From positions 96,001 through 160,000 of the forward strand of contig CAVWFS010000001.1 in the NCBI GenBank assembly GCA_963754315.1: 64,000 nt of DNA, written 5' to 3'. Below the pieces are notes generated by a model that was not told the DNA's origin, made no database searches, and saw only the letters and a program-made list of their open reading frames with translations. Shown piece by piece: positions 1-8,893 of the stretch (position 1 is the first letter of the stretch; each line of letters opens with the position of its first letter). Made by a program: the position numbers and the translations under genes. The DNA comes from an uncultured Candidatus Rokubacteria bacterium (lineage in GTDB: Bacteria; Methylomirabilota; Methylomirabilia; Rokubacteriales; CSP1-6).

Positions 1-290
1 ATGGCGGGGAACAGGTTCGTGATCTGGAACGTCTTGGCGACGCCCAGCCGGTTGATGGTTTCCGGAGAACAGCCCGTGATGTCCCGGCCGTCGAGGACCA
101 CCGTCCCCGAGGTCGGCGCGTGCAGTCCGGCCACGACGTTGAAGAGGGTGGATTTGCCCGCGCCGTTCGGACCGATCACCGAGAAGACCTCTCCCTGGCG
201 TACGGCCAGACTCACCCTGGCCAGCGCGGCCAGGGCTCCGAATTGCTTGGAGACTCCCGCCACCTCGAGGACGTTGGCCACCTCCTTCAC
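1..290 (-). CDS. Branched-chain amino acid-type ABC transporter ATP-binding protein (LivG-like), runs off the window edge
   Basis: Manual translation of the minus strand from GTG at 290 gives MKEVANVLEVAGVSKQFGAL...VIGPNGAGKSTLFN (Walker A) and ...GVAKTFQITNLF. GTGA overlap with the upstream permease stop. Confidence 0.9.
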   Translation of the reverse strand, partial: MKEVANVLEVAGVSKQFGALAALARVSLAVRQGEVFSVIGPNGAGKSTLFNVVAGLHAPTSGTVVLDGRDITGCSPETINRLGVAKTFQITNLFPA

Positions 291-1228
291 GTCGTGGCCC
301 GCCTCGCCCGCGGTCCACGCAGGCGGCGGAGTCCCAGCAGTCCTTTCGGCATGAACAGCACGATGACGACCAGGACGACGCCGATCACGATGAAGTACCA
401 ATCGACGTACGAGGATACCTTGTCACGCAGGATGGTGAAGAATGCGCCCCCGATGATCGGGCCGACCAGGGTGCCGATTCCTCCGATCATGACCGAGATG
501 ATGAACTCGCCTGACTCCGTCCACACCATGAGATCGGGAGTGGCGAAGGCCGAGCGGATCGGGTAGATGGCTCCTCCAAGGCCGGTGAGGAGCGCGGAAA
601 TCATGCAAGCCCCCATCTTGTAGCGCTGCACGTCGTAGCCGAGAAAGCGGGCCCGGTCCTCGTTCTCGCGGATGGCCACCAGGACGCGGCCGAAGTGCGA
701 CGCGACCACCACCCGGCATATGACGTACGCCCCCAACAAGTAGCAGAGCACCAGGTAGTACTTCTTGACCGGAGTGTCGATGACCATCCCCGGCCAGAGG
801 TGAGCGTCGGGCAAGCCCTGGATTCCGTCCGAGCCACCGAAGGCCTGCGTGTACCGGAAGAAGGTGTAGACGACCTCGGCGAAGATGAGGGTGAGTAGCG
901 CGAAGTAGATGCCGCGACGGCTGGTGGCGAAGTAGCTCACCACGAGGGCATAGAGGCCGACGACCACGGCCGCGAAACCGAGACACAGCCACACGGACAG
1001 CACCCCGCGCTCCATGAGCACGGCCGTTGCGTAGGCGCCCAATCCGTAGAAGGCGGCGTGGCCAAAGGACACCAGTCCCGTGTAGCCCATGAGCAGATCC
1101 AGGCTCATGGCAATGCCCCCGAAGAGCAGGGCGTCGAAGGTCAGGAGCAGGTAATAGCGCGACATGAAAGGCAGGAGCGGCAGGGCGGCCAGCGCGCCGA
1201 AGACGACTGCCATTCGCCACGTCAGCAC
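287..1228 (-). CDS. Branched-chain amino acid-type ABC permease (LivM-like)
   Basis: LDLLMGYTGLVSFGHAAFYGLGAY, GGSDG, AIRENEDRARFLGY and MIGGIGTLVGP motifs. Start placed at GTG 1228, just after the upstream stop. Confidence 0.92.
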   Translation of the reverse strand: MLTWRMAVVFGALAALPLLPFMSRYYLLLTFDALLFGGIAMSLDLLMGYTGLVSFGHAAFYGLGAYATAVLMERGVLSVWLCLGFAAVVVGLYALVVSYFATSRRGIYFALLTLIFAEVVYTFFRYTQAFGGSDGIQGLPDAHLWPGMVIDTPVKKYYLVLCYLLGAYVICRVVVASHFGRVLVAIRENEDRARFLGYDVQRYKMGACMISALLTGLGGAIYPIRSAFATPDLMVWTESGEFIISVMIGGIGTLVGPIIGGAFFTILRDKVSSYVDWYFIVIGVVLVVIVLFMPKGLLGLRRLRGPRARRATT

Positions 1229-1229
1229 C

Positions 1230-2108
1230 CTATTCAAGGACGCCCTCGCGTCCGAACAGCCCACGCGGCCGGGCAATGAGCACGACGATCATGATGCCGA
1301 AGATGGCGATGGCCACTCGCTGGGGGTTCATCCAGAGGGAGAGGACGCTCTGGGCGATGCCAATAATGAAGGCCGCCACCACCGAGCCGCCCATGGAGCC
1401 CATACCCCCCAGGATGACGACGATGAAGGCGAGCAGGATCATCTCGACGCCCATCTGCGGATAGACCGTAAAGATGGGCGCGAGCAGCAGGCCAGCCAGG
1501 GCGGCGAGGGCGGCCGAGCCGGCGAAGGTACAGGTGAAAACCCGTTGGACGTTGACCCCCAACCCATCGAGCATCTCCGCGTCCTGCACGGCCGCCCGTA
1601 CGAGGATTCCCGCTCGGGTCCTGGTGAAGAAGAGCCAGATGGCCAGGAGCAGCGCCGACGAGATGGCGAGCAGGAACAATCGGTAGTTCGGATAGGTCAT
1701 GCCGAGGAGGGGAGACGAGCCCGGCAGCGGTGGCAAGATACGCCGCATGTCACCGCCGAAAATCTGCCGGATGCCCTCCCGGAAGACGAGCGCGAGTCCG
1801 AAGGTCAAGATGAGCCCGTAGAGGGGCTCCCGACGGTAGATGGGGCGAATGGTGGCCACCTCGGTCACGGCGCCCAAGACGCCAATCATCAGCGGGGCCA
1901 GGATCAGCGCCACCCAGAATGACTGGGTGAGGCCGATGACGGCGATGCCAGCGTAGGCGCCCATCATGAACAGCTCACCGTGCGCGAAATTCATCACACC
2001 GAGCAGGCCGAAGATGACGGTGAGGCCCAGCGCCAGCAGCCCCAGCGCGGCCCCGAAGACGAGGCCGTGCAGGAGCTGCGGCAGCAGGACCGCGGTGAGG
2101 TAATCCAA
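1230..2108 (-). CDS. Branched-chain amino acid-type ABC permease (LivH-like)
   Basis: GLTVIFGLLGVMNFAHGELFMMGAY and AFIVVILGGMGS motifs; C-terminal RPRGLFG. Confidence 0.93.
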   Translation of the reverse strand: MDYLTAVLLPQLLHGLVFGAALGLLALGLTVIFGLLGVMNFAHGELFMMGAYAGIAVIGLTQSFWVALILAPLMIGVLGAVTEVATIRPIYRREPLYGLILTFGLALVFREGIRQIFGGDMRRILPPLPGSSPLLGMTYPNYRLFLLAISSALLLAIWLFFTRTRAGILVRAAVQDAEMLDGLGVNVQRVFTCTFAGSAALAALAGLLLAPIFTVYPQMGVEMILLAFIVVILGGMGSMGGSVVAAFIIGIAQSVLSLWMNPQRVAIAIFGIMIVVLIARPRGLFGREGVLE

Positions 2109-2114
2109 GCCGGG

Positions 2115-3335
2115 CTAGTTCTTTTTCTTGATCTCCCAGCTGAAGCCGGCGATGGGGTCCTTGCCCACCATGGGCTCGCCGATGGTGTCAGAACCTGGGA
2201 TGCGGGCGATGGGAATGTTCTTCCCTTTCTCGACCCGATACAGATGCATGTCCATGACGACCTGGTGATCTTCCTTGCGAATGCACTGACGCCCGATGTG
2301 GGTGTTGTCCAGGCACATCCCTTCATGGGCCTCGGCTACTTTGTCGGGATCGAAGCTCTTGGCCTTTTCGACGGCCGCCGCCCAGAAGAGGACGGCGTCA
2401 TAGGACCCGGCCGCGATGTTGGCGTCCAGATTCCAACGCTTCTTGAACTTCTGGTTGAAGGCCTGCATGTTCGGGTCGGGGTTGAAGGCGGAGAAGTGGT
2501 TGAGCTGGACGAAACCCTCCATGGCCTCGGCAATGGCGGGCAGGTCCTGTTGGAGGAGGAAGCAGTCGATCCCCGCCAGCTTGTACTTCTTGGTCATGCC
2601 GAACGACTGAAGCTGGGTCATCAGCCGAAGGGAATCCGTCCCCGCGAAGGCCAGGAAGAGCACGTCAGGAGTGGATTGGTTGATGGCGCCGAACCAGGGG
2701 CTGAAGTCCTTGGTGTCCAGCGGCGCGCCTGCCACGCCCACCACCTCGCCGCCGAGAGCCTCGAAGGCCGTCTTGAACTGGCGACCGTCAGACTGACCCA
2801 TCGCGTAGTCCGTGTAGAAGATGTAGACCTTCCTGCCCATCTTGTCGAGGATGTACTTGGCCAAGCCGTTGGCCTGCATGCGCGAGTCAGGCTGGTTCGA
2901 GAAATAGTACTTGTGGAACTTGGTCGTCCGCATGAACTCGGCGCAGGACACCGAGTTCCAATGGATGGTCTTGTGCTTTTTGGTGACATCCATCATCGCC
3001 ATCGTGGCGCCGCTGGACACCGCGCCCACGATCATCTTCACCTCGTCCTGCAGGATGAGCTTCTCCGCTTTGCGGACGGCGGGGGCCGGCTTGGTCTCGT
3101 CGTCCTCCGAGACGATCTCGATCTTGTGCCCGAGGACGCCACCCTTGGCGTTGAGCTCTTCCACGGCCAGGGTGACCCCCATGGTCTGGTACTTGCCGTA
3201 CCCCTCGAACACGCCGACCTTTGAACCGAGGTCGCCGATCTTCACCACCTTCGGCGCCTGAGCCGGGGCGAGGGCCACGGCGGCGCCGAGCGCCCCCGCG
3301 GCGACGATCAGAACGAGCAACGTCTTGCCCTTCAT
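2115..3335 (-). CDS. ABC transporter substrate-binding protein (Leu/Ile/Val-type, PBP1 fold)
   Basis: Signal peptide; AVEELNAKGGVLGHKIE..EDDE and DYAMGQ motifs; adjacent to the permeases. Confidence 0.92.
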   Translation of the reverse strand: MKGKTLLVLIVAAGALGAAVALAPAQAPKVVKIGDLGSKVGVFEGYGKYQTMGVTLAVEELNAKGGVLGHKIEIVSEDDETKPAPAVRKAEKLILQDEVKMIVGAVSSGATMAMMDVTKKHKTIHWNSVSCAEFMRTTKFHKYYFSNQPDSRMQANGLAKYILDKMGRKVYIFYTDYAMGQSDGRQFKTAFEALGGEVVGVAGAPLDTKDFSPWFGAINQSTPDVLFLAFAGTDSLRLMTQLQSFGMTKKYKLAGIDCFLLQQDLPAIAEAMEGFVQLNHFSAFNPDPNMQAFNQKFKKRWNLDANIAAGSYDAVLFWAAAVEKAKSFDPDKVAEAHEGMCLDNTHIGRQCIRKEDHQVVMDMHLYRVEKGKNIPIARIPGSDTIGEPMVGKDPIAGFSWEIKKKN

Positions 3336-4009
3336 GATGACCTCCTTAACGTTGTCGAGTCGACCACTCCACTGAGCGCCTGGGCGATACGCGCCAGCGG
3401 CTGGCGCAGCCGCTCGGGATTCTGCATCGCGGCGTCGCGAGCTGCGGGTCTCCCTCCGGAGCAGGGATTGGCGGCGACCGGAGCCGTGGCTACCTTCGCA
3501 AGACTCTCGGCTTCGTCGAAGGCGAGGCGGACAGTCACGGCGGCCTTGGGATCATACTGCGAGATGGCAAAGTCTACTAGGTTGTAGTAGCGCCAGATCG
3601 CCTCCAGGAACTTGCGGCCGGCGGCGGCCCGCACCTCGACCGGTACCGACCTGTCGCTGACCTGGCGTTCGGCCTCCTGAGCCAGATCCCGGGTGAGCGC
3701 GGCGAAGAAGGTCACCAGGCCACGCTCGGCCTCGGCGCCCTTGTGCTCGCGAAGCTTCCCTGCGACCTGGCTCTCGAGCCCTGGTGGGAGGCGGGCGGCC
3801 ATGGCCAGCATCTCTTTGCGGACCGCGCCCGATTCGAACAGACGCTGAGCGACGTCGAACTTCCCCGCCTGGATGGCGAACTTCAGCTGCTTGAAGTTGG
3901 CGGAGATCTCGTTGTCACGCGGCGAGTAGCTGCCGAGGTGGTGAGCGTGCGCGACGATCGGCGCTCCCAGCAGGACGAGGGCGGCGAGCAACCGGGCGTG
4001 GATCGTCAC
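3332..4009 (-). CDS. Hypothetical exported protein with His-His at the predicted mature N-terminus
   Basis: GTG 4009 overlaps the upstream stop. Sequence MTIHARLLAALVLLGAPIVAHA/HHLGSY. Stop overlaps the SBP start (ATGA). Confidence 0.7.
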   Translation of the reverse strand: MTIHARLLAALVLLGAPIVAHAHHLGSYSPRDNEISANFKQLKFAIQAGKFDVAQRLFESGAVRKEMLAMAARLPPGLESQVAGKLREHKGAEAERGLVTFFAALTRDLAQEAERQVSDRSVPVEVRAAAGRKFLEAIWRYYNLVDFAISQYDPKAAVTVRLAFDEAESLAKVATAPVAANPCSGGRPAARDAAMQNPERLRQPLARIAQALSGVVDSTTLRRSS

Positions 4010-4554
4010 CGACCGAGACGTAGCGCGACGATGGCGACCAGCCACCAGAGCGCGACAATCGTTGCCCCGCCGAAGGGAATCCACACTAGCCACTCGGCGA
4101 TCGCCTTCCCCCTCTCGAGTCCGACCACCGGGATGAGCCCGCTCCACAGCAGGTAGCCGAGAGGATACCCTGCCCCTCCTACCGTGAGAAGCGTGATGAG
4201 GATCGACCGCGCCCGGCCGGGCGCGGCGAGGGACGCGGCCACGGTGGTCGTCACGATGATCACCAATCCCATCCCCTCCGCGTGCAGGTGGAAGAGGCGC
4301 AGGCCAGCGTCGAATTTCACCAGCGCTTCATCCAGGATCTGCTCGTCGACGTCGCGCACGCCCACCAGGCCGTGAACGACGGGGCGGGCCAACATCGCGT
4401 TGCGGGCCCAGCGCGCGAGGTCGATCTTGAAGCGAACCATCGAGGCCCCCCCCACCTCGGCGCATACGACCAAGAGGACCGCCACGAGTAACACCCACGG
4501 CGATGGAAACTGCCACACCCGGTCAGCGTTCGGAGCGCCTGGGCGATCCCTCAC
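4006..4554 (-). CDS. Hypothetical membrane protein (~4 TM) with FHLHAEGMG motif
   Basis: Hydrophobic segments; translationally coupled on both sides; paralog of 4551-5078. Confidence 0.75.
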   Translation of the reverse strand: MRDRPGAPNADRVWQFPSPWVLLVAVLLVVCAEVGGASMVRFKIDLARWARNAMLARPVVHGLVGVRDVDEQILDEALVKFDAGLRLFHLHAEGMGLVIIVTTTVAASLAAPGRARSILITLLTVGGAGYPLGYLLWSGLIPVVGLERGKAIAEWLVWIPFGGATIVALWWLVAIVALRLGR

Positions 4555-5078
4555 GGTGTGGACGGCCGCCGGGCGCGTCGGACAACACCGGCCAGTTCGA
4601 CTCCAAGCCCGATCAGGCCCACGAGGGCCAGACTGCCGAGCGGCGAGAGCACCCAGCGCTCTGTCAGGCCGATTCCGGTGTCACGACCGGCCTCCAGCAC
4701 CGTGATCCCGTAGACGAGGTAGCCGAGAGGAAAGAGGGAGCCGATCGTCAGGAGCAGGTAGAGGAGCCCGCGCCGACCACACGAGGGAACGACCTTCGCC
4801 ACCAGGGTGCTCATGATGAATAGGATGAGCCCCATACCCTCCGCGTGAGTGTGGAAAAAGGACAGACCCGCCTCCGCGGCATACGTTGCCCGCGCCCGGA
4901 TCTCGTCATCGTACTCGGGCGAGCCGGTCAGGCCGTGGGCCTCGCGATTCGCGTCGATGCGGGCGGCGGCGTACCGGTCGATGGCCGGACGGAGCTGGGA
5001 CATCACGGCGCCGGCGGTCTCACCGAGGGCAATGAGCACCATGGCTACCAGGACGACGAGGAGCGGGGGACGACGCAT
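4551..5078 (-). CDS. Hypothetical membrane protein (~4 TM) with FFHTHAEGMG motif
   Basis: Hydrophobic segments; shares HGLxG, HxHAEGMG and PLGYL motifs with the neighbour. Confidence 0.75.
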   Translation of the reverse strand: MRRPPLLVVLVAMVLIALGETAGAVMSQLRPAIDRYAAARIDANREAHGLTGSPEYDDEIRARATYAAEAGLSFFHTHAEGMGLILFIMSTLVAKVVPSCGRRGLLYLLLTIGSLFPLGYLVYGITVLEAGRDTGIGLTERWVLSPLGSLALVGLIGLGVELAGVVRRARRPSTP

Positions 5079-5292
5079 GCGAATCTGAGGACCTCCGCAG
5101 GCCAGACTACCGAAGACTACCAGCGGGCCCGGGGTCTGTCACCCGCGATCTGACGATCGCATGATCGTGCGGCGTGCAGGCCGCGGTGATGACTCGACGT
5201 TGGCCTCCCGGGTAGAATCACGGTCCGGATACGAGACCGATGCACACGCGACTGGCCGCGACCCCCACATGAACACCGGAGCCTGATCGAGC

Positions 5293-7686
5293 GTGACGCT
5301 CGTCGGGGCGCGGGTGCCGCGGGTCGAAGACGCGCGCCTTCTGGCTGGTCAGGGGCGCTTCGTGGCCGATCTTGCCCGGCCAGGCATGCTGCATGTCGCC
5401 TTCGTGCGAAGCCCACACGCGCACGCGCGCCTGCGTCGGATCGACGTGACACGGGCGCGTGTGCTTCCTGGTGTCATTGCTTGCGTGACCGGGGACGAGA
5501 TGGCTCGGCAGGTGGGGCCAGTACGGGCCGAGTCGCGCATGCGAGGTTACCTCACGACTGAATATCCGGCCCTCGCCCACGGCAAGGTCCGGTTTGCAGG
5601 CGAGGCGGTGGCCGCCGTGGTCGCCGAGAGCCGGTACGTGGCCGAAGACGCGACGGAGGTGGTCGTCGTCGACTGGGAGCCCCTCGAAGCTGTCCACGAT
5701 CCGGAGCTAGCCCTCCGCGCAGGAACGCCGCTCGTCCACGAGGCGGTCGGGAGCAATGCACTGGTCGAGCGGACCTTCGCCCAAGGCGATGCCGATGGCG
5801 CTCTGGCCGCCGCCCCTCTGGTGGTTGGTGACCGCTTTCGCTTCAACCGCCACGCCGGCGTTACGATCGAGAACCGGGCCTGCCTTGCCGAATGGGAAGC
5901 GGGCACGCAAAGCCTGACCTTGTGGTCTTCGACCCAGGTGCCAGGCCTCGTGCGGGATCTTCTAGCCGACCTCTTGGGTGTGTCCGCCCACCGCGTCCGG
6001 GTGGTGGCGCCCGACGTCGGCGGAGGATTCGGGATGAAGAGCGCGCTGTACCCCGAGGAGATCGTCGTCTCGGCTCTCGCGCGGAGGCTGGGGCGCCCAC
6101 TGCGATGGATCGGGGATCGGCGCGAGGATCTGCTCACCAGCACCCAGGCCTGGGACGAGATTGTCGATGCTGAGCTGGGTGTGGACGTCGACGGCACGAT
6201 CCGTGGGCTTCGTGCGCGCGTGACCGCCGACATCGGTGCTTACTCCATCTATCCGTGGACGGCGAGCATCGAGGTGATCCAGGTGATCAGCTTTCTCCCT
6301 GGTCCCTACCGCGTGCCCCACTATCGGGGGGCTGGCACGGGGGTCGCCACCAACAAGGCGCCGATGGGCCCCTACCGGGGTGTGGGGCGTCCCGTCTCAA
6401 CGTTCGTGACCGAGTCGCTCCTCGAACGTGCCGCACGCCGGCTCGGGCTCGATCCCGTGGAGATGCGCCGACGCAACATGATCAGTCCGGAGGAGTGTCC
6501 CTATCGGTCGCCCTCCGGTGTCGTCTGGGACACCGCCACCTTCCGGGAGACATTGGAGAGTGTCTGCACGAGGGCCGACTACGCCGCGCTCCGCGCGGAG
6601 CAGGCTCGAGCACGCGCTGCCGGGCGGTGCTTTGGTATCGGCGTCGCTTCCTACGTCGAGCTGACCGGCGTCGGCTCGGCCATCCCAGTGTCGCCGGGGT
6701 CGACCATCGCGACGGGCACCGAAGGCGTCACCCTGCGCGTGGATCCCGGCGGGACGGTCACCGCGACTTTCGGGCTCGCGTGTCATGGTCAAGGCCACGA
6801 GACGAGCCTGGCCCAGGTCGTGGCCGACGAGCTGGGCTTGAGACTGGCCGACGTACGCGTCGTGCACGGCGACACCGCCGCCTCACCGGCGGGGACGGGC
6901 ACCTACGCCAGCCGGAGCGCGGTTCTCGGTGGGGGTGCCGCGATCCTGGCCGGCCGGGCCTTGCGCGAGAAGATGGTTGCCATCGCCGCCCACCAGCTTG
7001 AGGCCTCACCCGAGGATATCGAGATCAACGATGGGCGGTTCGCCGTCAGGGGTGCCGGGGCCCGTGTCGTGACGTTGCGCGACGTGGCGCAGGCGGCATA
7101 CGGCGGCACGCGACGCCTTCCCAAGGGAATGGAACCGGGGCTGGAAACCACCCGCTTCTACGATCCCTACTTCGGAACGGCGTCGAACGCCACGCATCTC
7201 GCCGTGGTCGAGGTCGATTCCTCGACGTGCGAGGTACGCGTGCGCACGCTTGTCCTCGTCGAGGACTGCGGGCGCGTCATCAACCCGCTCATCGTGGAGG
7301 GACAGGCCGTCGGCGCTGTCGCTCAGGGCGTGGGAGCCGCCCTCCTCGAGGAATTGGTCTACGGTCCCGAGGGGCAACTTCTGACCGGGAGTCTGATGGA
7401 CTACCTCGTTCCGACTGCGTGCGAGATTCCCAAGGTCGATGTCCATCACCTTGACCGGCCTTCGCCCTCGACGCTGGGCGGCTTCAAGGGTGCGGGCGAA
7501 GGCGGCACCATCGGGGCCCCGGCCGCCATCGCCAACGCGGTCGCGGATGCCCTGGCGCCGCTGGGCGTCGAGATCAACGAGATGCCATTGACACCCGCGC
7601 GCCTTTTCCGCCTGCTGGGATCGCGACGCGGCGCGGGGATCACGAGAGACGTGAATGCACAGCCCCCTGCCGCAGGCAAGGAGTGA
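5293..7686 (+). CDS. Xanthine dehydrogenase/CoxL-family molybdopterin-binding large subunit (not form I CODH)
   Basis: RVEDARLLAGQGRF, VRSPHAHA, DVGGGFGMK, PYRGVGRP, GQGHET and KGAGEGG motifs. Confidence 0.93.
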   Translation: MTLVGARVPRVEDARLLAGQGRFVADLARPGMLHVAFVRSPHAHARLRRIDVTRARVLPGVIACVTGDEMARQVGPVRAESRMRGYLTTEYPALAHGKVRFAGEAVAAVVAESRYVAEDATEVVVVDWEPLEAVHDPELALRAGTPLVHEAVGSNALVERTFAQGDADGALAAAPLVVGDRFRFNRHAGVTIENRACLAEWEAGTQSLTLWSSTQVPGLVRDLLADLLGVSAHRVRVVAPDVGGGFGMKSALYPEEIVVSALARRLGRPLRWIGDRREDLLTSTQAWDEIVDAELGVDVDGTIRGLRARVTADIGAYSIYPWTASIEVIQVISFLPGPYRVPHYRGAGTGVATNKAPMGPYRGVGRPVSTFVTESLLERAARRLGLDPVEMRRRNMISPEECPYRSPSGVVWDTATFRETLESVCTRADYAALRAEQARARAAGRCFGIGVASYVELTGVGSAIPVSPGSTIATGTEGVTLRVDPGGTVTATFGLACHGQGHETSLAQVVADELGLRLADVRVVHGDTAASPAGTGTYASRSAVLGGGAAILAGRALREKMVAIAAHQLEASPEDIEINDGRFAVRGAGARVVTLRDVAQAAYGGTRRLPKGMEPGLETTRFYDPYFGTASNATHLAVVEVDSSTCEVRVRTLVLVEDCGRVINPLIVEGQAVGAVAQGVGAALLEELVYGPEGQLLTGSLMDYLVPTACEIPKVDVHHLDRPSPSTLGGFKGAGEGGTIGAPAAIANAVADALAPLGVEINEMPLTPARLFRLLGSRRGAGITRDVNAQPPAAGKE

Positions 7687-7691
7687 CTGGC

Positions 7692-8879
7692 ATGAGGACT
7701 CTGGCGGTTGTGAATATCGGACGGCTGGCCAGTGGACGACTCGACGCGCCAATTCTCGAGGCTGACACCGTGCTCGTCCGGGACGGGAACATTGTCGCCT
7801 GCGGGCACGCGCGGGACGTGGACACGGCTGGCGCCGACGTGGTGGTCGACTGCCGGGGCACGACCGTGATTCCGGGGCTTATCGATTCGCACTGCCACGT
7901 GGTCCTCGGCGACTACACACCTCGCCAGAAGACCGTCGACTTCCTCGACTCGTACGTGCATGGTGGAATCACCAGTGTGGTCTCAGCGGGCGAGGGCGTG
8001 CACGCTCCCGGGAGGCCCCACGATCCGGTGGCCGCGAAGGCGCTCGCCATCGCGGCCGCCAAGTGCTTTGCCGGCTTCCATCCCAACGGAATGAAGGTCA
8101 ACGCGGGGAGTGTTGTCCTCGAACCGGGCCTGACCGAGGACGACTTTGCGGAGATGGCGCGCCACGGCGTCCGCCACGCCAAGTACGGTTTCGGGGGCTA
8201 TCGCCATCCCCTCGACGGGGAAGCCGAGATCCGCAACGCCCAGAAGCATGGGCTTACCGTCATGTCCCACAGTGGTGGCAACTCCATACCAGGCTCGAGC
8301 CCAATAAGCCACGACGTCCTGCTGAGGTTGCGGCCGGACGTGTGCGGCCACGTCAACGGCGGTACCACGTCGCTCGATGACGCGGGACTGGCGCGCATCA
8401 TCACCGAGACGGACATGGCCCTGCAGATCGTGCAGGCCGGGAATCTTCGCTCTGCGCTCTTCATCCTCCGCCTAGCACGCGAGGCCCGTGCCCTGCACCG
8501 GGTCTGCCTGGCGAGTGACACGCCGACAGGAACTGGTGTCATGCCGATGGGAGTATTCAAGACCGTCTGCGAGATGAGCTCTCTCGGTGATCTCGCGCCC
8601 GAACTGAGCATCGCTCTGGCCACTGGCAACAACACGCGCGCCTTCCGCCTGAGCACCGGCACCATCACCGTGGGCCAGCCGGCCGACTTGGTCGTGTGCG
8701 ACGCGCCGGCCGCGTCGGCGGCTGACGATGCGTTCGGCGCCATCGCGCGAGGCGACATCCCGGGAATCTCGTGCGTGATCGTCGACGGAGAGGTGCGGGT
8801 CGCCCGCAGCCGAAACACGCCGCTGGCCAAGCGCCTTGCCGTTATCACCGGCGCCGCCCACGTAGGCGGCGCACACTGA
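7692..8879 (+). CDS. Amidohydrolase, enamidase-like
   Basis: PGLIDSHCH metal site followed by GDYTPRQ...HGGITS..SAGE.VH.PGRP, HSGG, GHVNGG and SDTPTGTG, as recalled for enamidase. AAGGAG RBS before ATG 7692 (alternative start GTG 7683). Confidence 0.8.
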   Translation: MRTLAVVNIGRLASGRLDAPILEADTVLVRDGNIVACGHARDVDTAGADVVVDCRGTTVIPGLIDSHCHVVLGDYTPRQKTVDFLDSYVHGGITSVVSAGEGVHAPGRPHDPVAAKALAIAAAKCFAGFHPNGMKVNAGSVVLEPGLTEDDFAEMARHGVRHAKYGFGGYRHPLDGEAEIRNAQKHGLTVMSHSGGNSIPGSSPISHDVLLRLRPDVCGHVNGGTTSLDDAGLARIITETDMALQIVQAGNLRSALFILRLAREARALHRVCLASDTPTGTGVMPMGVFKTVCEMSSLGDLAPELSIALATGNNTRAFRLSTGTITVGQPADLVVCDAPAASAADDAFGAIARGDIPGISCVIVDGEVRVARSRNTPLAKRLAVITGAAHVGGAH

Positions 8880-8893
8880 CAGCGCTCCTTGGC

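Noticed and set aside
5293..7686. Aerobic CO dehydrogenase (form I CoxL)
   Set aside because: The active-site loop is PYRGVGR, not AYxCSFR, and there are no coxM/S or accessory genes.
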